Below, one piece after another: positions 26,166 through 41,199 of a DNA stretch of 64,000 nt. Each line of letters opens with the position of its first letter. Position 1 is the first letter of the stretch. This stretch comes from Octopus vulgaris (taxonomy: Eukaryota): contig OX597827.1 of the NCBI GenBank assembly GCA_951406725.2, positions 54,188,001-54,252,000 on the forward strand, given 5' to 3'. Under the pieces are notes generated by a model, which saw only the letters and a list, made by a program, of their open reading frames with translations, was not told where the DNA came from and did not search any database. The position numbers were made by a program, and so were the translations under genes.

Positions 26166-27709
26166 TTTCTCAGTATTATTACTGCCTCTGTCACTAATAT
26201 ATATTTCCTACTACCTGTATCCATGATTGTTACCCCAACTTTCTGAACCATGTATGATCTTTTCCTCATTCCTAAACCAAATTTTTGTCAGCCATCACAC
26301 TCTCTTTTCTCATCAGATTGTTTGACTACTTCCTTCACTCCTTAATCTTCCAGACACACTGCCATCACTCCTACACAAACTAGACACCTTATATCAGACA
26401 TGCCTTCCTTCAATGAACAGAAGCTTTGAAAACATCCCCCACTGAGACATGAAAACCTAGTTTCCTTTGACAGCACCAACACAATCTGTATACACACACA
26501 AAAAAAAAAAGATTTACACTACACCATCCCTATTCATGAAACAAACATTGAAAACTCTTATAATTACTATAAATATTTAGCTTACTGTGTAACAGTATGG
26601 AAACAGCATCTCAAAGAGCAGACTTCCTCTACAGGGTCAGAAAATACCTCAATTTGACCCTTTACAAACCATAAGTGTGACCCATATTAGAGAACTGTCC
26701 ACTTATCTGGGATAGTGCTGCTTCCTTACACACACACACACACACACACACTCTTATACCCTTAACTAGTATTTCTCAACATTTTTTTTGTCTGACACCC
26801 AACTTCAATTCTCCAAAATGATATGCATCACACCCTGAACAAAGTTTATAACATATATATATTCAAAAGAAGTTTCAATTACAACTTTATTGCAAGTTTT
26901 ATTTACCTGTTAACTCATTTTGAAGTAATCCATACCCTACCAAAATATGGTCATCTCTGCACATGCGCCGCCCCCCCCCCACACACACACACACCATTGG
27001 TGGGCACATGCACTCCAGCTTCAGAAGCACTGGCTATTTGGTTGATTGTCAAAGTTTCATGTCTATTTCTGGATCATTATGGACATCTTCCATGTCGACA
27101 ATTTTACATTTCATTGCATCTGGCATTATAATGTATCATGCATTGATTTAAAACAAATTTCAAGAAGGTGATGTTCTCTAGGTCTATATACACTAATCAG
27201 TAGTTTGATAACATATATATGAGATAAATTAGAATACCTTAGAGCATTATCTTCCACAAAATCACTAGATATTTGTTACTGGTGTAATCTTTATATGATT
27301 TCCTCCTTTTTCACAAAATTAATAACATTTTGTTGGTAATTTTATAGAAAAATTTTTAATAATTTGCTTGCAGGCCTAATATTTACATCCATAGAGTTGA
27401 ACTGTAAACTTATTTGACTGATTAACACAAAATGTCTGAAGATAGAATAAATTTTAGCATCCAGAAGAAAATAGGTCTAATGTTTGTTGCATTGAAAAAT
27501 TTTGCCCAACATGTTAAACATTTCTTTTATCTCGTGGCACAATAATTTACTCCATGAAGTAAACTTTTTCTACTGACTATTAGATATAAGCCACTCATAA
27601 TTTTGTCAGTTACCATTGATCCACTTTGATGAATATTTTATTAAGAAACTTATCTAAAGTTGTTGTTAATAAACAAGTAACATTTATCATTTGTTTTTTC
27701 TTTCCATGG

Positions 27710-27995
27710 CTTATTGGTTAGGGTATTTGACTCACAAGTGTAAGAACATGAGTTCAGTTCCCTGTGGCATGTTGTGTCCTTGAGTATTTCATGTCGCTCC
27801 AGTCCACTCAGCTAGCTAAAGTGAGTAGTACCTTTATTTTAAAGGGCCAGCCTTGTTACCTTCTGTGTCACACTGAATCTGCCTGAGAACTATATTAAGG
27901 GTATGCATATCTGTGGTGTGCTCAGCCACTTGCACATTCGTTTCACAAGCAGGCTGTTCTGGTTATCAGATCAACCAGAAACCTCGTCATAACCA
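27710..27995 (+). mobile_element. CORE-like SINE (family C variant)
   Basis: Aligns by eye with 31615-31890 (CTCCAGTCCACTCAGCT...GTGAGTAGTACC...AAAGGGCCAGCCTTGT). Confidence 0.75.
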
Positions 27996-30339
27996 GTTAT
28001 AATTTACATATTTGTGATGAGCAAAAGAAAAAGACTAACCTATTGTAGAAGTGTTTACAATATAACTTACACTGTTTTAAATAGCAGTCTGAGGTGGTGT
28101 TTGAAATTATGACATTTTGTCTTATGATTCTTACTCTAGGTTTTTTCTGTTTTTATATTTTCTCTCTTAAAATATCTACTTGTGTTAAGTACACTTTTTA
28201 CTTACTAGGACTTTTCTCTCTATACTCTTTGGCAATTAATAGCTTACATAAGTCTGAATCATAAATCTCAATCATGAACTTGTGCAGCTGCTAAAATTAT
28301 TAAGCTTGCCTGAATTAAGTTGTTTTGAAACATCATCTACTGGTATCTTAACTTCAGAATGTTTGTATGTATGTGAATAATCTTAAGCCTAGATAAATTT
28401 GCATGATTTTCTTGAACATGTTTTCAGAATAACTTTTTGTAATATTATAATTTCTATATGATAGAACTTTGTCTGAGCCATAAGTAAATTGAAAAGATTT
28501 TATTTACAATTTTTCCTTCTTAAGCTTATATTTTTTATAAGTTGAAAGATTTTTTAAATTTAACTTTTTGTGTGGTATTTCTAACAGTGATGCTGGATGC
28601 TTTCTTCTAATTATTAATTAATGGAATTGAAACAGCAGCTTTGGATCATATAGTCTGAGGCAAATATGTGCTTTTCTTAGTGGTACAACACATTTATATT
28701 TAATTGGATTTACAAACCATTATACATTTCATAAATATCATGCTTCTATGTCCTTAGTATAAAAACATTTGATTTAAGAATTAAGTTAAATTTTGGCTTA
28801 TACAACAAAGATTTTTGTTACACATTTTATTAAAATTTTTTTCTAGAATTTTGAAAAACACATTTAGTCTTCCTTGGTTTTCCTCTTTAGTTCTTTGATT
28901 GCTAGGCACTTCTTTATCCAGCTGTCATCCTTCATAACATATTACATGTCCATACCAATCCTGTCTTATCTTAAGCAGTACAATGTGAAGTTATGTCCAT
29001 TTCAGAACTTCCTATTCTGCTCATCAATGAAGAACTGTTTATGATAATCAATTTCAATGAGTGTTTTTCATGATACATAACTGGAATTTCATTAAGCCTT
29101 TCCACTGAAACTGGTTTATGCCCATCAACAGGAAGCTGAATTTTGAGAAATTTCAATTCAAACTTACCTATTTGTGTGCATTTACTGGGTCAGTTTTGTT
29201 TGTTTTTTTTAATCATTTTTGTTACTTTTCTGAAATTGTTTTCACTTATTTTGCTTATTTTACAATCTCTCTACAAGTGACCTTTTCAATGGCAAAAATG
29301 CTTCAATATGTATACCTGGATAATTCTCACTTGTATGATTTGTGGCCTTATGTCTGTTCCACACTTTTGATTCAATAGTCAATATTTATTCTTTTTCTAT
29401 ATAAACTCAGTACCTGGATTTTCAGCCCCAGGTTTTCCTTCCATAAGCAATCTGTCTCTAATCAAATAATCTGTATCTCTCAAAGCCACAGTCAACCAAT
29501 TCCTCTTTTAATTATGCTAAAAGATCAGCAATTCTTCCATTATTTTGATAATAACAGTAAAAATATCATATCTCAACATCACAAGTTTTCTCTGCCCCTC
29601 AAAGTGTGTCATCAATTTTTCTCAAACTTCAAAACATATTTTGAATTATCATTTGGCATCATCAAAGCATTAGCCAATTTAAACATTTTATCACCAGTTC
29701 CACTGCTAAAATAATTTAATTTTATTTCTTCTTTGATAATTTTGTTCAGATCAAACTAAGTCTCCATTCTAATCAAAAAATCTTTCCATCAATCCTCTCC
29801 ATGGTAAAATGTTGGAAACTTTTCTTTTCCATAAAATTATATGAACTTAATTGTCCAGATATTCCTTCAGTCATTGTAATATAATTTAGTAATTTTCAAT
29901 GACTTTAAAAAAAAAAGAGCTTCTTTGCAAAATCCAAAATTCTAAAATTCTTCGTTGCCAATTTCATTTTTTAAATCTTTGTCATCAGCTTTTGTTTTTG
30001 TCACCAATATTCTTTAAATTCTTTGAAGCTACTGTTTTTTGTTGTTTTTTTTAAATTTTTGTGGCCACTTAGCCAATCTCATCTTCATCACCAGTTTCCA
30101 TCACTTCTTTTACTTTTTTTATTGTTTTGGTCACTAACATGGAATCTAACATGTATGAATAAAACAAAAGTAAATTTTATTGTGACTGCCTGAAAGATCT
30201 AATATAATAATGAGCATTTCAAATAGAGGCAACCTTTACAAAAACATCACTTTACATATACATACATATATACACATGTGGGGGACTGAGAATACACACA
30301 ATAAAAATAACCCTTTTTGCAAATGGACTTTCCCAATGC

Positions 30340-30700
30340 ATGTTACATTTCACATTAAAACATAGCAGTCTTACTTCTAACTACTCCTGTGCATCTATTA
30401 CGAATGTAATACTTCTTGGTTAGCACCCATTGTTGACAGTGGGCACTCTTTGGAATTCCTATTTGTTCCTTTCCTTCTAATCAAGAATGACCACTTCTAA
30501 TATGGTTGTATAGTCTTCTTATCTCCTGCTAAGTAAAACTTTGGTTTTTGCTAGGTTTACTCGAAGACTTCTTCATTCCAACACTCTGCTTCCACATTTA
30601 GAATTTCTTCTCAAACTCTTTTACAGATACACTTATGAGATTTTGGTGATTGACGTACAGTTCTCATAGCTAGCCAATTTTAAGCCTGGACAACTTGAAT
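30340..30700 (-). pseudogene. RTE-clade LINE reverse transcriptase remnant
   Basis: Minus translation LRVNLAKTKVLLSR preceded by a decayed GCPWELLYADD-like motif. Confidence 0.6.
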
Positions 30701-31614
30701 AAACAGGTGGACTGCAAACTGACCTCTGATGAACACCTACTGACATCAAGACAAGGAAATTTAAATATACATAAATCATGCATGCATACATACATACATA
30801 TAAATGCACACACACATACACAATGGGCTTCTTTCAGTTTCCCTCAACCAAATCTACTCACAAGTTTTGGTCATTCTTGGGCTATAGTAGAAGACATTTG
30901 CTCAAGTGTGTGTGCATATTTATTTATATATAAGCCCTTGGATATGCAATTAAAAGAAGAGTAATCAATACGTACATACATACATACATATATGCACTCA
31001 CAATACCTGGGGGAGTAATTTAAACCAGAAAACAACTCACAAAAATTGTACTCACTTTTTATTCATTTCTTAATAAAACTACCTACTATTACGTATCAAA
31101 ACATTTCAGCTCACATATATTACTTAGTCGTTAATATAATTCCTTTGCTTCCACATGCAATTAGTGTGTGTGTGTGAGAAAGAGAGAGTGAGTTCTTAAA
31201 TTACTAAAATTACATTTTTGTAATGTAATTTTCTTCTGTTTTAACATGCAATCAAATCACTTATGAAACAAATACGACTCCAGAATATAAAGATACACTT
31301 ATACATGCATGCACATAAAACTCAAATATATACATGTACATTTAAAAATTCATTTCATGCATATAAGCTGTATTGTTTTCTTTTTCTGCATTTGTTTTGT
31401 ATTCTTCATCAAATTACACATCCTCCACTACGGTCTTAGAAAATGTCAAGTTGAGTAAAGTAGTCCCATGTTCCAGGCTCATAACAAAATTCAAGGAGCT
31501 CTTGGTTGTAATGCCTTTGAACATGGGTCTTTTCAATTCATATTGATCTGGGGTTAAACAATATGAATGGTTAACTTGCTAGAAATAGCTGTCAAATTTC
31601 TATTAATATTACTT

Positions 31615-31890
31615 TTGTGGCTTAGTGCTTAAGGCATTTGGCTCATGATTTGATACTCAGTGACATGTTGTGTCCTTGAACAAGACACTGTATTTCACAT
31701 TGCTCCAGTCCACTCAGCTGGCAAAAGTGAGTAGTACCTGTATTTCAAAGGGCCAGCCTTGTCACATTCTATGTCACACTGAATCTCCTCAAGAACTGTG
31801 TTAAAGACATGCATGTTTGTGGAATGCTCACTTGCACATTCATTTCATGAGCAGGCTGTTCTGTTGATCGGATCAGCTGGAACCCTTTTG
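31615..31890 (+). mobile_element. CORE-like SINE (family C variant)
   Basis: GTGTCCTTGAACAAGACACTGTATTTCACATTGCTCCAGTCCACTCAGCTGG. Confidence 0.75.
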
Positions 31891-32338
31891 TACCATCTTT
31901 GTAAAGGAAAGATTTTTCAGATGATGTGATCTCGATGCACAATGCTTAAAAATAAGATTGTTCTTGTTAGAATGCCTGGTAAATGACAGTCATAGCTGGA
32001 ATGCCTTTCATTATAGGTCTACGTAACTTGGGATGATCTGGCAGCTATAGAACAGCAACAATATACAAACTATCATTATATCACCCAATAAACACTGACC
32101 ATTTTAAATACAACAAAAATAGCACAATAACATAATGTGAGACTCCAAATACTGACAGTGAAATTAATAACCAAAAAGTTGGAAATGTTTATGTTATCCA
32201 TCATTAGTCTTCATCATTTTCTTTTCAATAATATCTGTCTAGGTTGTCCCTCAGGACGCCCCTTTTCAATAATAAAAGTGACTACATGATAATTGTTAAA
32301 TTAGATTAAACTAGATGAGATATAATATATCCAAAGTA

Positions 32339-33277
32339 CAGTAATTACTCACCATATCGCAGTTCACCTATTGTGCCCTCAGTACACCGAGGATTTTTCT
32401 GGCTAATATATTAATATATATAAATTTATATTGCACTCTTCAGTATATCCCTGGTTTCTGCAGCTGATAGGTATTAATTTTTTTCTTTTTAGATTTTAAT
32501 TATTTCTGTGGTAAAATAAGCATTTTCACACCTAAAAATTAAAAAAATCAATAAATAAAAATACAGTATAGTACTGCACTGTATAACACATTAATGAAAA
32601 TATGTTAAAAGAGGATACATAGTGTATTGTAGATGAGTAAACAATGACACGAATATACTGTATGCAAAATGAAAATTGGGGAGGCAAGTGTGTGGTGTTC
32701 TTTTGCATTTATAATAAAATAAAATATATACAAATTATAAAAATAATAAAAAAATATACACTATGGTCTAGATGCACAATGCTTAAAAATAAGATTGGAG
32801 TGGCTGTGTGGTAAGTAGCTTGTCTACCAACCACATGATTCCAGGTTCAGTCCCACTGCGTGGCACCTTGGGTAAGTGTCTTCTACTATAGCCTCGGGTC
32901 GACCAAAGCCTTGTGAGTGGATTTGGTAGATGGAAACTGAAAGAAGCCCGTCGTATATATGTGTATACATATATATATATATGCGTGTGTGTGTTTGTGT
33001 GTCAGTGTTTGTCCCCTAGAATTGCTTGACAACCGATGCTGGTGTGATTATGTCCCCGTTACTTAGCGGTTCGGCAAAAGAGACCGATAGAATAAGTACT
33101 GGGCTTACAAAAGAATAAATCCCGGGGTCGAGTTGCTCGATTAAAGGCGGTGCTCCAGCATGGCTGCAGTCAAATGACTGAAACAAGTAAAAGAGTAAAA
33201 GAGTATTGTTTCTACTTGGTGAATTTTCAACTATCACAGGGGTTTCAGAACATAACTCCTGCGATAGTTGATTACTG
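32339..33277. mobile_element. Tigger/Tc1-mariner-type MITE interrupted by a SINE
   Basis: TA-CAGTAATTACTCACCATATCGCAG ... CTGCGATAGTTGATTACTG-TA. Confidence 0.7.
32797..33205 (+). mobile_element. Near full-length young tRNA-derived SINE family A
   Basis: GGAGTGGCTGTGTGGTAAG head, internal TA/TG microsatellite, GAAACAAGTAAAAGAGTAAAAGAG tail; CpGs retained; highly similar to 51068-51476. Confidence 0.9.
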
Positions 33278-34100
33278 TACATTAAATTTCTTTCAATGAA
33301 GAAAAATAACCTATATTTTGTATTTCCATTTTTCTTAAGATAGTAGGGTGTGACTTGAGGAAGATTTTGTAATTATTTCTTGTAGATAAAATGACTATGT
33401 AGAGGCTTTCTTGTTGCAGATATATTTCATCTATAGATTTTATACTTTAATTGATTGTATGTATGAATATATTTGTGTTTTGTATGTATATGTACACAGC
33501 TGGTGGTACATCTGTACTGCATTTCTACGTTTCTTTCATATGGTAGTATGAAAGTGAGCCATTCATGACAAACTTTAGGCATAGGAAGAGAGTAACAGGG
33601 TAAAACAAACATTAAAGAAAATGGAGGGAAATAAGGAATGACTCATTTAAATTGGCAGGGTTTGAGGTTTTTTTGCCCAGTCTCCAGAACAGCTGTAAGA
33701 ATTTGATAATAGTGCAAATTTTCAAGGTCAGAATCATTCCACTTTGTCTACTGTTTATAACTAAGAAAAGAGGAAGGGCATGTAAGTGCTTTTGCCTGAC
33801 AGCATTGCACAAAAATGGTAAGAGTTTAGCTACGTGTCTATATGGTTTGAGAATTATTATGATGTACCAGGAAAATAAATGAGACAACAGAATTATTTGA
33901 ATATGGGTGATGTTTTTTTTTTCGTTTTGTTTGGTTGGTTTCTTTTTGTAGCAAATTCCTTTATTTCTCTGTTCAGTGATTAATGAGAAACAGTAAAGAC
34001 TTCCATTTAGTTTCTTGAACATTTTACACATTGTCCTGAGCAACTGGCAAAATGTACTTACTCTACCTGGTTCTATCTGAGAAGTACATACCATCTAAAG

Positions 34101-34222
34101 CAATGTTTCTCAACCTTTTTACCCTTACATTCCTAAAATAAATTACATGTCTCAAGGAACTCCTGCACAAAAAAAAATTATATACCATATCTTATATCTT
34201 TTTCATTGTAGTTCATGTTGTA

Positions 34223-34257
<35 letters not shown>

Positions 34258-34362
34258 GTATGTATATGCACATATAATGTGCATGTATAGTAATATTACG
34301 ATCATGAAATTAGCATTAACTTATCTCTCTCTTTCTCGTGGAACCCTGGTTGAGAAATGCTG
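34101..34362. mobile_element. hAT (Charlie-like) MITE
   Basis: CAATGTTTCTCAACC ... GGTTGAGAAATGCTG TIRs. Confidence 0.7.
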
Positions 34363-36399
34363 ACTTAATATGGAACAAGTTAGTGAAAAATAAATTCTTA
34401 TGTGTATTATATTTTAGTCCCTAAATATCTTTAATTATCAGGCAGTAGAAGATTAGCCTTCTGTCACAGATTAAGTTTTCATCCCAGGTTTTAAATATTT
34501 CTCTACATTTATTTCACTAATGCATTTAAGAAAGACATGAACAATGTAAAATTTTATTTCTTTCTCCACCAAATGAGTCTTAAGTTTCATATCAGCTTAA
34601 TATTGGTAATAAGATACTAAATCCAGCATATTCTTCATTGGATACGACAATAAGTTATATCCGGAAAGTCTTTGTTTTTTTTAAAGATAACAGAATAAGC
34701 AAAAGACTTCCCTTCATTTATTCATATAAACATATCTTTGGAAATAGTAAATATTATCTTTTTATAACAGTGATCATTAGGATTCACTGATTTATTTATG
34801 CTAAATAGTCTTTATCAGTTTCATTCCTTTTAATACTTTTGTCTTTCTTACATAGTAAATGCACAAAGACATTTACCTTCCATAGGTTACTGTTGCAGAT
34901 TGTGAATAACTTAGTTATTAAGGAGCTAAGAACTAACTAATCTCTGGAGTTTCTCAAAGTGCTATATTTTTGAAATGTAGCATTTTTTACTTGATTACCT
35001 GAATAGATATTTTACAGTGTCTTCCAGGCTTCTAGTTATCCAATGATGTATAATGAAATTTGGAATTTTATTGCCTATAATCTTGTATGTATGAACGCTG
35101 GTGTAACTCTCCCTTCCTTATTATTTGACTTGAGGCTTCAGAAAGTGATACCACATATCACACAAAGACAACTTTAAATTTCATTCCTCTGAAATTTTCT
35201 GAGGTAGATTTAACTTACAATGTTCTTTCATCTACATGATTGACTTTGTTGAGGTTCAGTTCGTTACTTAAACATACGGACATTTGTACTCTTCATGTAA
35301 TCCTCAGGCAGAATCAGTGTGACAGTGTGTGGCAAGGCTGACCCTTTTGAATTATAGGTAGAGTCCAACACATCCCTTTACTATTTTCAGCTATCTTCTT
35401 TCACATATAAGGCTTTGGTTGATCAGAACCTATAGTAGAAGATACTTGTCCAAGTGACCCTAACTCTTGATTGCAAAGCAGATACTTTAACCACACAACC
35501 ATAATTCTGTACGTTAAAATACACATTCATAGATATTTATGCATATGCGCAATGTTTATATGTGCATGCTTTTCTGCTTTTATTTATGTGTGTGTGTGTG
35601 TGTGTGTACATAGGTATGCTTGTATGTATAGTTATGTGTATAAATGTAGATGATATTTCTTAGCAAAGTTATTCAAGATATAGATTAAAAACTTGAGTTT
35701 TATCTCAGTTTGACTTCTTCATCTTTCAGAATTTGATATTTTGGAATCATTTTCCTGTTTCTCAAGTTGTGATGTAGACAAGTAAGAATCAATAAGGAAT
35801 AAAGAAATAGAAACTTGTTGACTGTGTTTTTAATTTTGTTCCAGCTATGTAGAAGAATTGATATTTTCTTTCTATTTTTTTTCTTTCATTTGATTCATAG
35901 ACTTACTTTGAGTTACCTGCAGCCAACTTAACTACGTTACAATAAGAAAATGTCAAATGCCGATACAGTGCAATTCTAAAGCTTACTTTAATTACCGTTA
36001 TTTACAAAATCATTATCATATTAAGCATTCTTTATTATTTATTATAACCAAAAGAAAACTTTTGGTGAATGATCTCATTAACCTATAAGTGTGAAATAGG
36101 CATTTAAGATTTAATTGTTAGATAAAAGTAAGTATAATGGCCAAACATTGTGGGGTCTGTTTTTGTACTGAGCTGGTTTTGATTCCTTGTCAGAGAATGT
36201 TTGTTCCAATGCCCTTAAGCATTGCAATTAAGCCTAATTGCATTAGCACTGAGAGGATGTACTATAAGGTTGATTTAACTTCAACTATGCCTAATTAAGA
36301 GCTTGCCAACAGCTTTAAATATAAAATTTCTTAAGCAGGTAGGGACAGCCAAGATAGTATAATATCAAAGTAAATGGTACCAGCTCATATCATTTAGAC

Positions 36400-36575
36400 A
36401 TCCATCCATTCATCCATCTTCTCTGCCAACTATTCTTGAGAGGGTTGTAGGAGCAGAGTCCTCAGGCACCTTCTCTATAGGGTCCTATCAGAAGCGGCTA
36501 TCATTACATTTTCCAGTTGGACTCCTAAGTGTGACAAACTGAGCATCTTGTTCTTGGTTCACGCCATTTAAACAT
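36400..36575 (-). mobile_element. LINE (RTE-like) extreme 3' end
   Basis: Minus strand ends in a (GGAT)n tail after a decayed A.DR..WR-like coding end. Confidence 0.45.
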
Positions 36576-37463
36576 TTGAACTCCAAGTTGTATGATAAGC
36601 TTGATGTTTCAATACAGTACCCTTATCTCTATATGAAGTCATTAGATTAGCATATTTTTCTACAAAATCCTTAAATGAATTTATACTTGTATTTGCTTAA
36701 AAATACACAAATATGCTTTCTTGTATTTACTGTCATACAGTCACATTTTTTATGATTGAACATTTATTGACATCTTTACATACAATAGTTGCTCTTTATC
36801 TCCCTCTATTTTTGTGGTTGTGGATGTAAATGCAAATAATGCTATATAGAATGCCTTAAATCTGTGACATATAAGTGTGTTATTATATAAATGTTTACTA
36901 AGGAATAAAATTACTCTGTGTGTGAAGTCCTTTAAATTTTAAAAATATTATCCTCTTATACATTTACTCTGAAAACCGAACATAAAATATAAGTAAATTA
37001 AATAACTTGCAATCAGTTTTGGCTAACAGAAGCAACTGTTTCATTTAATTGTCATAAATATAATTGGGGAATAAATTTAATAACTGCACTATTTACAAGT
37101 ACTACAAACCTTAGTTTGTTTCTAGTTAAGAAACCAACATTACATGCAGAAGTCAGCATTACTAATCAACATTATTAATATTTGTCAATAAAATGGTATG
37201 GAGGATGAATATTTGACGTACAGTGTTTTCAACTTCAAACTGACACATTTATCAGTTTTCCTACAAATAGACAGATATTCTTTAATTCTATAGCTGAAGG
37301 ATGGTTATTTGGAAGAATCACCAAGCTATCTATTAAATATGTTGATAATTAAAATAAAATGAGCAAAACATTTTTTGTGTTTATTAATTCATTAATTATG
37401 TAGATTTATCTTATGCAAATGTCATAAAATCAAATAGAAATATCAAATATATTCCAGTAGTCA

Positions 37464-37621
37464 GGCACAGGTGTGGTTCTGTATTTCAGAAATTTGCTTC
37501 CTAACCATGTGGTCTTGAGTTTGGTTCCACAGTACAGCACCTTGGGCAGGTGTCTTTTACTATAGACCTGGACTGATAAAAGCCTTGTGAGTGGATTTGG
37601 TTGCCAGAAACTGAAAGAAAC

Positions 37622-37653
<32 letters not shown>

Positions 37654-37830
37654 TTCACCCCACCACCACTTAACAACTTGTGTTGGTTTGTTTATATACC
37701 ATAACTTAGCAGTTTGATAAAAGACACTGACAGAATAAGTACCAGGCTTAGAAACAAAATAGTATTGTGTTTGTTTTGTTCAGTTGAACTCTTGAAAGCA
37801 GTGCCCCGTCATGGATGCAGTAAAAAATAA
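37464..37830 (+). mobile_element. Older SINE family A copy
   Basis: CACCTTGGGCAGGTGTCTT...GCCTTGTGAGTGGATTTGG...GAAACTGAAAGAA; CpG-decayed. Confidence 0.8.
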
Positions 37831-38799
37831 ATGATAGCCAACAGTGGTTATTTGTAAAGAATTAGTAGTGTGTGTGCATATATGTATAAATGATGGATAT
37901 AGAGTGATTGACAGATGTGTGGGAGAGAGACAGACAGAAAGAAAGAGGAAGCAGTTTAAGCAATATGAACCATGTCTCAGTTACATATAAATTTTAATTT
38001 TGCTGTTGCTACTCACTGTATATTTGTGATTTGATCATTCTATACTGTGTTGCATGAAATATATAAAGTACTCACTGGAATGCTATTGTCATTTGTTTTC
38101 TTTTTATCTACAACTATCTCTCTATCTATCAATCTACTCTTTACTTTTCTAAACACAACTAAGATACTGCTTTTTTTCTAACAAGTTTTTGAATAAAAAA
38201 AAACCTTTTTAAAAGATCTATGAAGTTCCCAGATCATTCAGTACAAAGTATTATATGTAAATATTTGTATTTAAATATAAATTTATTTTTCTGTATTTTC
38301 ATGATATTTCATTTTCAATGCGTTTAAAGTTGATAAAGATATTTAGCATTATTACTGACATGACAAGTACAATAGTATTACATTTTTTAAAAAAATCATT
38401 TGAAATTATAATTTTCTCTGTTGCAAATGAATAAGCTGCTGCAAAAACCAAGGAAATTCAGCTACTTTGCACCCTGCCAGCTGTGACCATCATCATATCA
38501 TTTAATCATTTAAGAATTAACTGTATAGCAAAATAGTTGCAATGTATTCTGCTTGACATACACACTGCATGGTCTACGACAAACAGTTTTGTAATGTATG
38601 TAGTATGAGAAGAGTTTCAAATCAAACTTACTCTGCTGTGGGAACTAATAGTTTGCTTCTAAATGAATAATCCTTGTGCACTTTCATAATCAAAATGTAG
38701 AATAATTGAGAGGTTAGTTCAGCTTTTGATGCAGCTAAAAGATGTTGGGGAAACTGGTGTGAAAAAGTTCCAGTGGAAAGATAAAATGTCTAAAGTGTT

Positions 38800-39028
38800 T
38801 TAACCCTTTAGCATTCAGATTATTCTGTCAAATGTAATGCTTATTTATTCACAGTTTTGAATTAATCATGCATTATCTCACAGCTCTGAGATTTTGATGA
38901 TGTAATTGCTTATTTTTAGAATGACATTGCAGCATATGTGTGAGAGGTCAGATCTGGCATGTTTGAACAATAAACAGATAGAATATTTGGGCCAGATATG
39001 GCCAGTTTAAATGCTAAAGGGTGGTTAA
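38800..39028. mobile_element. piggyBac-type MITE family 2
   Basis: TTAACCCTTTAGCATT ... AATGCTAAAGGG(TGG)TTAA. Confidence 0.85.
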
Positions 39029-41199
39029 TTGTTAAAGTATAATATAGTGAATGAATTCTTAGATGAGAAGAGATGATTGCATCAAGTGTATATAGGTGGG
39101 GGATAAAATACACAACCAGCAAGTTAAAGGGATCAAAAGTAGGGGTTTGCAGCTTATTGGTTAGTTAGTATCATTAAACTGTTAGTGATCAATATAAATC
39201 CTTTTTTGTTTTTTCCCTTTTCAATATAATCTTGTTTTTGATGCACTCAAGGGCAAGTATGGATTTAAGTTAGTATATTTATATGATCATCAACATTTTA
39301 ATATCAACTTATCCATGCATGCATGAGTTGGCACCTTCCTGTCATCAGTTCTTACCTGATTCCACATGGTTAGACATGTTTTCATTGAAGATTGGAAACA
39401 AAGGACACTGCTTGTATGATGGTGATACTCATTTACATTGATCACATGAAGTAAAGACAAGGAGTCACCATCTTACATCCACATTCACATATGCATATAT
39501 GGTGGCCTTCTTTCAGTTTCCACTTACCAAATCCACTCATAAGATTTTTCTTGTCCCAGGGTTATATTAAAAAAAAAAAGAAACAACACTTGTCTAAGGT
39601 GCCATGCTGTGTAACTGAACCTGCAGCCTAGTGGTTGGGAAAGAAGCTTCTTAACCACACAGACAGGCCTATTAAAAATAAAGTTTCCTATTATTAACAC
39701 AGTTTATTCCATTTAGAATGTAATAAACTGTAGTAGCAGCATTGCTTCCTTAGTCTACTTAGTTTTCATTCTAAAATTTTTGATTGAGTTGTTTAAAATT
39801 GCTTTTAAACAGATAGGTTTCAACTTTCCAAATTCCTCCAGGTTTATCAAAGAAGAGAAACTAATCTATTGAAATTTTTGCCCCCTTTTTACAATTGCTA
39901 CTATCACATCACATTAGAGAACTAGTGCTTATACACTCGATTCTTGGATAACATATTTCCAGTGTTTATTAAAAATGTGGGATTTTCTATGGGTGTGTCA
40001 TGCCACTTCAGTTTCCTGTAGTATTAGCATTACATAGCTTGGCATCTGTGAAGAAAAAGTTAGGGATAAGAAACCAAAAGAAAAATGAAAAATAATGGAT
40101 AAAAGACAAGAGAAAATATTGTTGCTCTTTAGAAAATATTAAATTCCTCCTCAGGGATAAACTACTTCCCTTACATTAGGGCACTTTGTAAATTCTTTAT
40201 TGCAAATCTATTCAAATAAGTATGGCTGAGCTGCTGCCACAGCCAACTGTCAAAATTCTTAAGTAACTAAATCCTGAAAGGATTTTTTTTCTTTTACAAG
40301 TACCATTAGTGCAAATTGAAGAGATGTTAGAATAATATAAGAATGAGAGAAAACAAGTTATTTTTTCTCTTTCCATTTTTGACTCACTCATTTACTGGTT
40401 GTAATTAACTCTTTAGAATAATCTCAATTGTTTGTACTATATTTACTGTAGCCAGTTGTTAAATTAATCTACATGTGAGTGTATGTAGGAATTGAAATGT
40501 GGCAAATCAATGTGTTTCCATTTCAGTTTTTAAAAAATTCTTTTTAGCTATTTTACAAACCATCAGTTTGCAGTCAGCAGGGGATAATACATTCAAGGCT
40601 CATGTGCCTATGAGGGATCTGCTGCAGGGTAGCTTGATGTACTGGGAATAGTAGTGAAGCTTCCTTCTATCCACATACTACTGTCTTAAATTGGAAGGCA
40701 ATTGGGAGAATGTAATGCTGGGATGTACAGAATGATATGGTGGTCATGACTGGAACGTCTTTGGTTATAGGTTTCCCTTTTCAGGGTCTTCCTGAGGATG
40801 AACAATAAGAATATCAGTAGCATACAAGGTTTGAAATTGGTGAAAACCAAGGTTTCCCTTCAAGGAATAGTGATATATAAGCGAATTATATGCAAATGCA
40901 TTTTGTGTTTAATAATCTATTTGTAAATTTCTTATACATTTATGATAATTTCCCTAAGGTAGGAAAATTTTGGTACCTGTAAGTAGTAAGGTAGGTCTAA
41001 GGAAATCATAGAAGAATTTGGTCTAAGCAAGACCCTGTTTAAACTGAAATTTCTTAGCTTTTCTTTGTGGCATCAGATGGATTTAGCACTACCAATGCCA
41101 AACCTTTCAATGATAGCTTTATAATTTATTTAATCTCTTCAGAAATTTAAGTTTATAAAAGAGAAAGAAAAAATATAATAATTCTTATGTAGGATTTCC

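Noticed and set aside
35900-35980. Minus-strand AATTGCACTGTATCGGC (miR-92-like seed) and CAG|GTAACT/GTAAGT motifs
   Set aside because: No precursor hairpin, the 3' half is unlike miR-92, and there is no pyrimidine tract before the AG.
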